DNA of 64,000 nucleotides from Bacteroidota bacterium (GTDB taxonomy: Bacteria; Bacteroidota; Bacteroidia; UKL13-3), in the NCBI GenBank assembly GCA_051715425.1, contig JBPXJS010000011.1, positions 33,581-97,580 of the forward strand. Direction: 5' to 3'. The notes under the pieces were generated by a model that was not told where the DNA came from, did no database searches, and saw only the letters and a list, made by a program, of their open reading frames with translations. Made by a program: the position numbers and the translations under genes. The stretch's first letter is position 1; every line of letters starts with the position of its first letter. Positions 9,520-17,963 of this stretch are shown here, one piece after another.

Positions 9520-10929
9520 ATGGCAGATAAACGAACAGAACATGATTTTCTTGGCGAAAAAGAAATAGATAATGATAAGTATTACGGGGTGCAAACACTT
9601 CGTGCATTGGAAAACTTTGATATTACGGGACTTCCTATTTCAAGAGAGCCGTTACTGCTCAAAGCATTCGGTTATGTAAAAAAGGCAGCCGCACTGGCAA
9701 ACAGAGATTGCGGTGTGCTTGATGCGAAAATTGCAGAAGCTATTTCTTATGCCTGCGATAAACTTATTGCCGGAGAATACGGTGATCAGTTTGTAAGCGA
9801 TATGATTCAGGGTGGTGCGGGAACTTCCTGTAATATGAACGCCAATGAAGTAATAGCGAATATCGGGTTGGAATTTATGGGGTATGCCAAGGGAGATTAT
9901 GATCATTTGCATCCCAATAACCACGTCAATTGTTCGCAGTCAACCAATGATGCTTATCCAACGGCATTTCGCATTGCCCTTTACCATAAAATGGATCAGT
10001 ACCTCAACGCATTGGATTCCCTGCAAAAAGCTTTTGCAAAAAAAGGCGAAGAGTTTTGTGCGGTATTAAAAATGGGTCGCACCCAATTGCAGGACGCTGT
10101 GCCTATGACACTGGGCGATGAGTTTAAAGGGTTCAGCACTACCATCAGGGAAGATATAGCAAGGATAAGGGAGGTGCAACAACTTATTACGGAAGTAAAT
10201 ATGGGGGCAACAGCTATAGGAACCAGAATAAATGCCCCCGAGGGTTATCCCGAATTATGTGTGAAATACCTCGCTGAATTATCCGGTTTACCTGTTGTAT
10301 TGGCAGAAGACCTTATTGAGGCTACATCCGACACCGGTGCTTATGTTCAAATCTCGGGCACACTAAAACGCAGTGCCATCAAAATATCCAAAATTTGTAA
10401 TGATCTCAGGCTATTATCATCCGGTCCGCGTGCAGGTTTTAATGAAATAAACCTTCCTAAACTGCAGCCGGGTTCGTCTATTATGCCCGGAAAAGTTAAT
10501 CCGGTAATGCCCGAGGTGGTTAATCAAACAGCATACTACGTGGTTGGTGCTGATGTAACCATTACCATGGCGGCAGAGGCCGGACAGTTGCAACTCAATG
10601 TAATGGAACCTGTTATTGCCTTTAGCCTTTTCACGTCATTTACTTATATGGCCAATGCCATACATAGCCTGGTAGATAAATGTATATTGGGTATTACGGC
10701 AAATGAAGAAGTATGCCGCAATATGGTAATGAATAGCATTGGCATTGTTACCGCTCTCAATCCAATACTTGGTTACGAACAATGTTCTGCAATAGCTAAA
10801 GAGGCCCTGGAAACCGGTAAGTCTGTGCATGATATTGCCGTGTTGGAAAAGAAATTACTTTCACAGGAAAAATGGGACGAGATATTCAATATTGAAAACC
10901 TGATTCACCCCAAATTTATAAACAGGTAA
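9520..10929 (+). CDS. aspA: Aspartate ammonia-lyase
   Basis: 469 aa. Carries the fumarate-lyase signature GSSIMPGKVNPVMPE. The N-terminus (TEHDFLGEKEIDNDKYYGVQTLRALENF) is typical of AspA rather than FumC. Confidence 0.88.
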   Translation: MADKRTEHDFLGEKEIDNDKYYGVQTLRALENFDITGLPISREPLLLKAFGYVKKAAALANRDCGVLDAKIAEAISYACDKLIAGEYGDQFVSDMIQGGAGTSCNMNANEVIANIGLEFMGYAKGDYDHLHPNNHVNCSQSTNDAYPTAFRIALYHKMDQYLNALDSLQKAFAKKGEEFCAVLKMGRTQLQDAVPMTLGDEFKGFSTTIREDIARIREVQQLITEVNMGATAIGTRINAPEGYPELCVKYLAELSGLPVVLAEDLIEATSDTGAYVQISGTLKRSAIKISKICNDLRLLSSGPRAGFNEINLPKLQPGSSIMPGKVNPVMPEVVNQTAYYVVGADVTITMAAEAGQLQLNVMEPVIAFSLFTSFTYMANAIHSLVDKCILGITANEEVCRNMVMNSIGIVTALNPILGYEQCSAIAKEALETGKSVHDIAVLEKKLLSQEKWDEIFNIENLIHPKFINR

Positions 10930-10931
10930 AT

Positions 10932-11825
10932 ATGGCTGAGAAAGCAAAAGGTAAATGGTATTATGTTGTGCTTGCTGCACCCATTTATTTTTTAATGTTG
11001 CTCCCGTTTCCAATATTATACCTCCTTTCCGACTTTCTTTATCTGATCATGTATTATGTGATTGGCTATAGGAAAAAAGTAGTTTATCAGAACCTGCGCA
11101 ATTCTTTTCCTCAAAAAACAGATGAGGAAATAGCAGGTATTGCAAAAGCGTATTATCAGTTTATGATAGACCTTTTCATAGAAACTTTTAAAACCCTCAC
11201 CTTATCAAAGAGGGAGTTAATGAAGCGATGCACTTATGCTCAGGGGGCACTGGAAATGAGTGAACATTATTACCTGCAAAAAAGAAGTATCATGATGGTA
11301 ATGGGCCATTACGGCAACTGGGAGTGGGGTGGTCATGTATTCAGCCAGCTTGCTAAACATGGTGCATATGCCTTGTACCATCCGGTGAAAAGTCCTTTTT
11401 TTAACTGGCTAACATCTGTAATCAGAACAAAATTTGGTATCGGATTAATTAATATGCATCATTCCATCAAACAGATGATAACCCTGCGACATGAACTTAC
11501 TGCAACCGCTTTTATTGCAGATCAGACACCTTCAAATCCCAAAGAAGCTTATTGGACCAACTTTCTCCATCAGGATACACCTGTTCTTTTGGGTACAGAG
11601 TTGATTGCCGGAAAACTAAACTACCCGGTAATATTTGCCAGTGTGAGAAGAAAAAAAAGAGGTTATTATGAAGTCCATTTCGAATTAATTACCGATCAGC
11701 CAGCTGTTACAAAACCTGGTGAAATTACGGAAAAACATTGCCGGTTACTGGAAGCGGAAATCAACCGTCAGCCTGAAATATGGCTGTGGAGTCACAGGCG
11801 CTGGAAACACAAAAGACCCCATTAA
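10932..11825 (+). CDS. Lysophospholipid / lipid A (LpxL/HtrB-type) acyltransferase family protein
   Basis: 297 aa. N-terminal TM segment, HYGNWEW catalytic-type motif (H-x4-E/D-like), and a C-terminus (PEIWLWSHRRWKHK) typical of lauroyl/myristoyl acyltransferases. Confidence 0.7.
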   Translation: MAEKAKGKWYYVVLAAPIYFLMLLPFPILYLLSDFLYLIMYYVIGYRKKVVYQNLRNSFPQKTDEEIAGIAKAYYQFMIDLFIETFKTLTLSKRELMKRCTYAQGALEMSEHYYLQKRSIMMVMGHYGNWEWGGHVFSQLAKHGAYALYHPVKSPFFNWLTSVIRTKFGIGLINMHHSIKQMITLRHELTATAFIADQTPSNPKEAYWTNFLHQDTPVLLGTELIAGKLNYPVIFASVRRKKRGYYEVHFELITDQPAVTKPGEITEKHCRLLEAEINRQPEIWLWSHRRWKHKRPH

Positions 11826-12916
11826 TTATTTTTTTGAAACAGGGTGGTAGGGCTGATATTATCCATTTTATCCGAAATTTTCTTCAGCGATTTGGGAACT
11901 CCAAGCCTCACGCCCATAAACAATGAAGCACTTCCAATAAAATAAGTAAGTTTGGTTCGTTGTCCAAGCGGGAGGTTATAGCTTTCAACCATAGAAGTTA
12001 AACCACTGTAAAACCGTTTACCATTGTATCCAAAACCCAATCTCGACATTGCCCTCGGCAGAAATACGAGCTTCTCGATATTCTCCCTTCCGGCAGTATT
12101 ATATGACTGATACTGTGCTGTAACACCGGCTGAAATAGAAAATGTTAAATAAAACCGATGCCACGCCACAAGGGTATGCGCATATCCGGGAAGTACACTC
12201 AGGCTGTAAAAATCACCATCTTTAAATTGCGATCTCGATTCATAATATTGCCTGATGGCGGGATGAATAATGGTTGAATCACCCCGGATATTGAAGTAAG
12301 AAAATGAACCGGTAAGTAAAAAAGAGCCGGCACTTTTTTTCTGGATTTCATTTTGGATAAAACTGGAGCGGTAGGAGAATTTTTTGTTGTTAAAAATGTA
12401 GTGAAAATTACCACCTAAACTCAAGGTACTTATATCGGGTCGTTGAGGGAAAACATCTCCAAAGATGGAATCGAGCTTGGGGAATTTTCTGTAGTTCTCC
12501 AGGTAATAGCCGGAATAATCTGTGTAATAAATATCGAATCCGAATTTTTTTCCATAAGAGTTAAGCTGAAAATTAACATAGTCTGTAGAGCCTTTTTTGT
12601 CGGCCTGCAGGTTTTTGGGACCGTATGAAAAAGCCAGACCAAGCCATTTGTGCATTACCCTTATTCCTATATTGGCACTCTCATTGGGCTCAAATGTGAG
12701 AATACGCTGATCCTGTATTTCAAAATGGTTACGGGAGCTGTAAATAAAGGGAGCAATATGGATATACGAAGTCATATCTTCTATATATTCTGCCCGTGTA
12801 TAGGGTTTGCCTTTTTTTGTGTAATAAATGGTGGTGTCCTGTGCGCTGGTGCTCAGAATACCAAAACAAATGAGTATTGTTGAAAGTAAAAGTTTCAAGG
12901 AATAGTTTTGATACAA
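11822..12916 (-). CDS. Putative outer-membrane beta-barrel protein (resembles DUF4421 family)
   Basis: Signal peptide ending SAQ, followed by alternating beta-strand-like sequence rich in Y/F/G. The family name is from memory only. Confidence 0.45.
   Translation of the reverse strand: MYQNYSLKLLLSTILICFGILSTSAQDTTIYYTKKGKPYTRAEYIEDMTSYIHIAPFIYSSRNHFEIQDQRILTFEPNESANIGIRVMHKWLGLAFSYGPKNLQADKKGSTDYVNFQLNSYGKKFGFDIYYTDYSGYYLENYRKFPKLDSIFGDVFPQRPDISTLSLGGNFHYIFNNKKFSYRSSFIQNEIQKKSAGSFLLTGSFSYFNIRGDSTIIHPAIRQYYESRSQFKDGDFYSLSVLPGYAHTLVAWHRFYLTFSISAGVTAQYQSYNTAGRENIEKLVFLPRAMSRLGFGYNGKRFYSGLTSMVESYNLPLGQRTKLTYFIGSASLFMGVRLGVPKSLKKISDKMDNISPTTLFQKNN
12903..12910 (+). promoter_or_regulatory. Candidate Bacteroidota -7 promoter box (TAGTTTTG) for the amidohydrolase gene
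   Basis: Matches TAnnTTTG and lies 30 nt upstream of the ATG at 12940. Confidence 0.3.
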
Positions 12917-12939
12917 ATATTTGTAAAAGGTTTAAACAA

Positions 12940-14580
12940 ATGTATATGAAGATTTTTAAACTACCTTATCTGTACCTTGCATCGTTGCTTATTCTTGCCG
13001 GTTGCGGGCAAAAGCAGCAGGTTGATCTGGTGATAAAAAATGCCACTGTTTATACCATGGACTCTGCCATGAGTAAAGCATCAGTGGTGGTAATTGATAA
13101 AGGAAAAATAATTGCCACAGGCGAAGCAGATTTGCTTCAGAAATATGAGGGAAGGCAAACCGAAGATTATACCGGAAAATTTGTATATCCCGGATTAAAT
13201 GATGCCCACGCTCATTTTTATGGCCTGGGTATGTATAAACAAACGGTTGACCTCACAGGAACCAAAAGCTGGAAAGAGGTACTGGAGCGTTGTGAGGTTT
13301 TTGTTAAAGCCAATCATCCGGCCTATCTGACAGGTCGCGGATGGGATCAGAACGACTGGGAAATAAAAGAGTTTCCCTTAAATGATGAACTAAACCGGTT
13401 GTTTCCTGCTATACCAGTTTTGTTAAAAAGAGTTGATGGCCACGCTGCCATTGCCAATGATGCCGCACTAAAACTGGCCGGATTAAATTTATCTTCAACC
13501 ATACCGGGAGGGCAGGTTATTGTTCAACATAAAAAATTAACAGGGTTATTGGTCGATAATGCTGTTGATGCTGTTCAGGATCAATTTCCAAAACCAGATA
13601 GAAAGGCAATTGCCAACTCATTGTTATTGGCTCAGCAGGAGTGTCTGGTGTTTGGGTTAACAAGCATAACAGATCCAGGTTTGGAAACAGAAGTGATTGA
13701 GGTAATTGATTCCTTGCACAAAGCAGGCACCCTTAAGATAAGGATAAATGCCATGATTAGTATTTCAGATCGGAACATTGCCTATTGGTTTTCACGCAAG
13801 CCATATATTACGGAAAGGCTCAATGTGTCGTCATTTAAGATGTATGCGGATGGTGCCTTAGGTTCGAGGGGTGCGTGTTTGCTTCAACCTTATTCAGATA
13901 AACACAACCATTTTGGAATGCTTATTACCTCACCGGAAAAAATGGAAGCTTATGTATCGCAAATGGCAAATTCCCCTTTTCAGTTAAATACACATTGTAT
14001 AGGTGATTCAGCTAACCATTATGTGATGGGGCTTTATGCAAAGTATCTTGGCAAAAACAATGGCAGGCGATGGAGAATTGAACATGCCCAAATCATTCAT
14101 CAGAAGGATTTTAATTTATTCGGGTCTTATGGAATTATCCCATCCGTTCAACCTACGCATGCCACAAGCGATATGTATTGGGCTTCGGAACGTTTGGGTG
14201 AGGAGAGGTTAAAAGGATCCTATGCTTTAAAATTGTTACTCAGGCAAAATGGATGGTTGCCTTTGGGAACCGATTTTCCGGTGGAGTATGTTAGTCCTTT
14301 CTTCACATTTTATGCCGCTGTTGCACGCAAAGATTCAAGCGGATTTCCTCCTCAGGGCTTTCAGGCTGAACACGGGTTAACACGAGAAGAGGCATTGAGA
14401 GGAATGACCATATGGGCAGCAAAAGGATCATTTGAAGAAACCACCAAAGGTTCGTTGGAAGCAGGCAAGGTGGCAGATATTGTGGTGCTTAATGAAGATC
14501 TTTTTTCTGATGACCTTTTAAAGATCAGAAAAGCAAAAGCGGTAGTTGTATATATTGGTGGGGAAAAAGTAATAAAGTGA
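12940..14580 (+). CDS. Amidohydrolase family (Amidohydro_3-type) lipoprotein
   Basis: The ORF track begins at 12877. The ATG at 12940 gives a lipoprotein signal (MYMKIFKLPYLYLASLLILAGC) and removes the overlap with the upstream gene. Metal-binding motif YPGLNDAHAHF and later HCIGD and EHAQ motifs are present. Confidence 0.8.
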   Translation: MYMKIFKLPYLYLASLLILAGCGQKQQVDLVIKNATVYTMDSAMSKASVVVIDKGKIIATGEADLLQKYEGRQTEDYTGKFVYPGLNDAHAHFYGLGMYKQTVDLTGTKSWKEVLERCEVFVKANHPAYLTGRGWDQNDWEIKEFPLNDELNRLFPAIPVLLKRVDGHAAIANDAALKLAGLNLSSTIPGGQVIVQHKKLTGLLVDNAVDAVQDQFPKPDRKAIANSLLLAQQECLVFGLTSITDPGLETEVIEVIDSLHKAGTLKIRINAMISISDRNIAYWFSRKPYITERLNVSSFKMYADGALGSRGACLLQPYSDKHNHFGMLITSPEKMEAYVSQMANSPFQLNTHCIGDSANHYVMGLYAKYLGKNNGRRWRIEHAQIIHQKDFNLFGSYGIIPSVQPTHATSDMYWASERLGEERLKGSYALKLLLRQNGWLPLGTDFPVEYVSPFFTFYAAVARKDSSGFPPQGFQAEHGLTREEALRGMTIWAAKGSFEETTKGSLEAGKVADIVVLNEDLFSDDLLKIRKAKAVVVYIGGEKVIK

Positions 14581-14618
14581 AGGGGAAAATTTGCGGGGTA
14601 GGGCGGTATTTGATTAGA

Positions 14619-15158
14619 TTATAAAATCCGGTTATTGGTTAACTGATGAGGGAAAGTTGGTCCTGGGGGACGTTTGGCAGGTTTCCCAAGTCTTCTTAAA
14701 ATTTCAAGTTTCAGGCTTTCTTCCCCTTTTTTCATTGCCCACTGATGATTCCATGCAAACAGTGGTTTCATTAAAAAAGAAAGGTGTTTGAGTAATCCCT
14801 TTTCCGCATTTATTTGCCAGTCGTACACTATATCCGTGAACTTACCTTGTTGCGTAAATGTCCAGATGCCCTTTCCTTCAAAATCTCCAAATGCTTCAAT
14901 GGTATATCCCCGGGGTGCATCAGATGCTGTTACCCTGAATTTCCACTCCAGGGTATAAGGCAACCAACCTTTGGTATATAGTGATACCACTTTCCCAATT
15001 CCTTTGTTGTTTCCGGGCTCTATTACTTTTACATCAAGATAAACGCTTGGCCACCATACCTTAAGGGCTTCGGCATCTTCCAGAATATCGCATACCAGGG
15101 CGGCATCGGCTTCTATCTGCCAGTTTGAAATGAAATGATAGGAGTTTGATTTGCTCAT
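14619..15158 (-). CDS. SRPBCC (START/polyketide cyclase-like) family protein
   Basis: 179 aa. The size and sequence pattern (SNWQIEADAALVCDILEDAEALKVWWP...) are typical of SRPBCC proteins. Confidence 0.55.
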   Translation of the reverse strand: MSKSNSYHFISNWQIEADAALVCDILEDAEALKVWWPSVYLDVKVIEPGNNKGIGKVVSLYTKGWLPYTLEWKFRVTASDAPRGYTIEAFGDFEGKGIWTFTQQGKFTDIVYDWQINAEKGLLKHLSFLMKPLFAWNHQWAMKKGEESLKLEILRRLGKPAKRPPGPTFPHQLTNNRIL

Positions 15159-15216
15159 ATAATCACTTACGTAAAGATGCTAAAAACAGTTTTAAGAAAA
15201 AATTTTGATTAAAATG

Positions 15217-15247
15217 TTTGTACAATAAATGTATATACATATATTTG
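15217..15247 (+). promoter_or_regulatory. Candidate promoter (TTTG -33, TATATTTG -7) with an overlapping 12-nt perfect palindrome ATGTATATACAT (15229-15240)
   Basis: TTTG at 15217-15220 and TATATTTG at 15240-15247, separated by 19 nt, 16 nt upstream of the MarR start. The palindrome was read directly from the sequence. Confidence 0.45.
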
Positions 15248-15262
15248 CATCACAATTAATGA

Positions 15263-15718
15263 ATGTTCATGCAATTAGAGCAGGCCATACAACAGAGCAA
15301 GTTTAAGTCGGAATACGAGAAGGTAATCATCAATCTCTTGTATACCAGTGGCTGGCTGCAGGTGCATCAACAACGTTTTTTTAAAGGGTTTGATATTTCC
15401 CCTCAGCAATACAACGTGCTCAGGATATTGCGCGGACAACATCCAAAATCAGCAACAGTTTCTTTAATTCAGGAACGTATGTTAGATAAGGAATCAAATG
15501 CTTCCCGCTTAATAGAAAAACTGAAACAAAAAGGGTATGTGGAAAGAAACGAGTGCCCTTTGGATCGCAGGCAGGCCGATGTAATTATTACCAAACAAGG
15601 GCTAAAACTGCTGGAAGAGATTGATGAAAGCAGGGATGATATTAAAACGCTCACGGGAACATTAAATACAAAAGAGGCAAAAGAACTGAATCAATTACTG
15701 GATAAACTAAGAACCTAA
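15263..15718 (+). CDS. MarR family transcriptional regulator
   Basis: 151 aa. The winged-helix region (SPQQYNVLRILRGQHPKSATVSLIQERMLDKESNASRLIEKLKQKGYVERNECPLDRRQ) is typical of MarR. Confidence 0.85.
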   Translation: MFMQLEQAIQQSKFKSEYEKVIINLLYTSGWLQVHQQRFFKGFDISPQQYNVLRILRGQHPKSATVSLIQERMLDKESNASRLIEKLKQKGYVERNECPLDRRQADVIITKQGLKLLEEIDESRDDIKTLTGTLNTKEAKELNQLLDKLRT

Positions 15719-15728
15719 ACAACTTAAC

Positions 15729-16349
15729 ATGAAAAAACACATCTTAACTATTGCCTTTGCAGGCCTGGGATTGCTTGCAATGGCTACTCCCCCAAAAGGA
15801 AAACCAACAGCAGCCGATACTTATAAAGTTGACAGCGAAAAAAGCACCTTAAAATGGCACGCAAAAAAAGTAACCGGTGAACATTTTGGCATCGTTAAAA
15901 TTTCTGGTGGCGAAATTTTTGCAGCGGGATCAACCTTAAACAGTGGTACCGTTAATGTAGACATGACTACCATAGATGCAACCGATTTGCAAGGCGAATG
16001 GCATGATAAACTGGTTGGTCACTTGAAATCTGACGACTTCTTTTCTACTGCAAAATTTAATACTGCTGTACTTAAAATTAAATCTGTTACGCCCATAAAA
16101 GGTGCAAAACCCGGAACAAATAACTACACGGTTGTGGCTGATTTAACCATCAAAGGCATTACCAATGAGGTAACTTTTGAAGCCATGGTGGTTATTAATA
16201 AAGGGCAGGTAATTGCCAATGCCGATTTTAATATCGACCGCTCTAAATATGATATCCGTTATGGTTCAAAAACCTTCTTTGCCGATATCGGAGATAAAGC
16301 AATCGACAATGATTTTAATATCAAAGTAAGAATTGTTGCCAATAAATAA
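15729..16349 (+). CDS. YceI family (polyisoprenoid-binding) periplasmic protein
   Basis: Signal peptide, then YKVDSEKSTLKWHAKKVTGEHFGIVKISGGE, typical of YceI-like proteins. The gene lies 10 nt downstream of MarR. Confidence 0.8.
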   Translation: MKKHILTIAFAGLGLLAMATPPKGKPTAADTYKVDSEKSTLKWHAKKVTGEHFGIVKISGGEIFAAGSTLNSGTVNVDMTTIDATDLQGEWHDKLVGHLKSDDFFSTAKFNTAVLKIKSVTPIKGAKPGTNNYTVVADLTIKGITNEVTFEAMVVINKGQVIANADFNIDRSKYDIRYGSKTFFADIGDKAIDNDFNIKVRIVANK

Positions 16350-16369
16350 TTAGTTTCATATTTGCTATT

Positions 16370-16406
16370 AAAAGCGGGGTTACTCAAGGGTTTCCGCGCT
16401 TTTTTT
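16370..16406 (+). terminator. Rho-independent terminator after the MarR-YceI operon
   Basis: AAAAGCGGGG ... CCGCGCTTTTTTT. The stem has 9 of 10 positions paired, with one G.G mismatch, and is followed by a T7 run. Confidence 0.6.
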
Positions 16407-16486
16407 ATGGGTGCTGAGCGATACGGATATTTCTGTGTAATCAGCAGATTTAAACCTAAATTGCGCCCTGTTTGTTATAAGAAATA

Positions 16487-17572
16487 ATGGAACTAACAGA
16501 AGAAATTTTATTAAAGGCACTTTCCACTGTAATTGAACCGGATCTGAAAAAAGACCTGGTTTCATTAAACATGGTAAGAAATATTAAAATAAATGGTAAG
16601 CAGGTTGAACTTACCATTATGCTTACCACACCTGCATGTCCGCTAAAAGAAAAAATAGAACAGGACTGTATCAATGCCATTCATGCACTTGTTGATCCAA
16701 CCCTTGAAGTGAAGGTGGAAATGACAGCCAATGTAACCACCCACCGCCTTGATAAACTGACCTTGCCTGGTGTTAAAAATATTATAGCCGTGGCTTCAGG
16801 AAAAGGAGGAGTGGGCAAATCAACCGTATCAACCAACCTGGCTATGGCACTGGCCCAGCGGGGAGCCAAAGTGGGCCTGCTTGATGCCGATATTCACGGC
16901 CCGTCTGTGCCCATGATGTTTGGGGAATTAAACAGTCAGCCTTTAATGCGTAATGTTGACGGGCGTGAGCTGATGGTGCCGGTTGAAAAGTATGGCATAA
17001 AACTGCTGTCGATAGGGTTTTTAATAAAGCCCGAGCAGGCCGTTGTATGGCGTGGACCTATGGTATCATCGGCATTGCGACAGTTTATTAATGATACGGA
17101 TTGGGGAGAGTTGGATTACCTGGTACTGGATCTTCCTCCGGGCACGGGAGATATTCACCTCACCATGATACAAATAGTACCTCTTACCGGTGTTGTAATG
17201 GTTACCACACCTCAGGCTGTAGCGCTTGCCGATGCTTTTAAAGCGGCTACCATGTTTAATATGATGCCTACAAAAATTCCGGTTTTAGGAGTGGTGGAAA
17301 ATATGTCGTGGTTTACCCCTCAGGAACTCCCTGATAATAAATATTATATTTTTGGGAATGGCGGAGGAAAAAAAATGGCGGAAGAGCTAAATGTGAAATT
17401 TTTAGGTGAAGTGCCTTTGTTCATGGGTATCCGCGAAGGTGGAGATACCGGTATACCAGCCGCAATGGACAAAGATAGTCCGGCACGGGTCTATTTTATG
17501 GATATTGCAGAACGTGTGGCTCAGCAAATTGCCATCCTTAATGCACAAAAAGCAGCTTTGGCAAATAGCTGA
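16487..17572 (+). CDS. Mrp/NBP35 (ApbC) family Fe-S cluster carrier ATPase
   Basis: N-terminal DUF59-like region (EPDLKKDLVSLNMV) and deviant Walker A motif (SGKGGVGKSTVSTNLA). Confidence 0.88.
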   Translation: MELTEEILLKALSTVIEPDLKKDLVSLNMVRNIKINGKQVELTIMLTTPACPLKEKIEQDCINAIHALVDPTLEVKVEMTANVTTHRLDKLTLPGVKNIIAVASGKGGVGKSTVSTNLAMALAQRGAKVGLLDADIHGPSVPMMFGELNSQPLMRNVDGRELMVPVEKYGIKLLSIGFLIKPEQAVVWRGPMVSSALRQFINDTDWGELDYLVLDLPPGTGDIHLTMIQIVPLTGVVMVTTPQAVALADAFKAATMFNMMPTKIPVLGVVENMSWFTPQELPDNKYYIFGNGGGKKMAEELNVKFLGEVPLFMGIREGGDTGIPAAMDKDSPARVYFMDIAERVAQQIAILNAQKAALANS

Positions 17573-17594
17573 AAAGAATAACTTTGTTGAACAA

Positions 17595-17831
17595 ATGAAT
17601 AACGAGATTAAAGCCAAAATAGAAATAGCCCTTAACTCTATGCGTCCGTTTTTACAGGCCGATGGAGGAGATGTGGAACTGGTAGAAATAACTCCTGAAA
17701 TGGAGGTAAGGCTTAGGCTTGTAGGCAATTGTTCATCATGCGAAATGAGTCATATGACCATGAAAGCAGGAATTGAAAACGGACTTAAAAATGCCATACC
17801 TCAAATAACCAGAGTAGTAGCCGTAAACTAA
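17595..17831 (+). CDS. NifU-like Fe-S cluster assembly domain protein
   Basis: The track ORF 17406..17831 overlaps the mrp gene. The ATG at 17595 gives a 78-aa NifU C-terminal-type protein (LQADGGDVELVEI...GNCSSCEMSHMTMKAGIE). Confidence 0.8.
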   Translation: MNNEIKAKIEIALNSMRPFLQADGGDVELVEITPEMEVRLRLVGNCSSCEMSHMTMKAGIENGLKNAIPQITRVVAVN

Positions 17832-17834
17832 TCT

Positions 17835-17860
17835 AAATGATGCTTTCATCATTTGTTTTT
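17835..17860 (+). terminator. Rho-independent terminator after the NifU-like gene
   Basis: AAATGATG-cttt-CATCATTT followed by GTTTTT. Confidence 0.55.
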
Positions 17861-17963
17861 GTGCTTTGAGTACATCATCTGCCCGATTAGTTTCCAAAGA
17901 AAAGACCTTTGCACCGCTTAAATTTTTGCACGCTGCCACAACAGCAACTGCAGCGGCTACTCT

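Noticed and set aside
17406-17594. N-terminal extension of the NifU-like ORF overlapping the 3' end of the mrp gene. There are similar extensions at 12877-12939 (amidohydrolase), 34333-34449 (AIR-synthase-related), 38750-38806, 39412-39453 and 53424-53477
   Set aside because: Internal ATG codons give canonical N-termini or signal peptides and remove the overlaps with neighbouring genes. The extended parts have no homology-like features.
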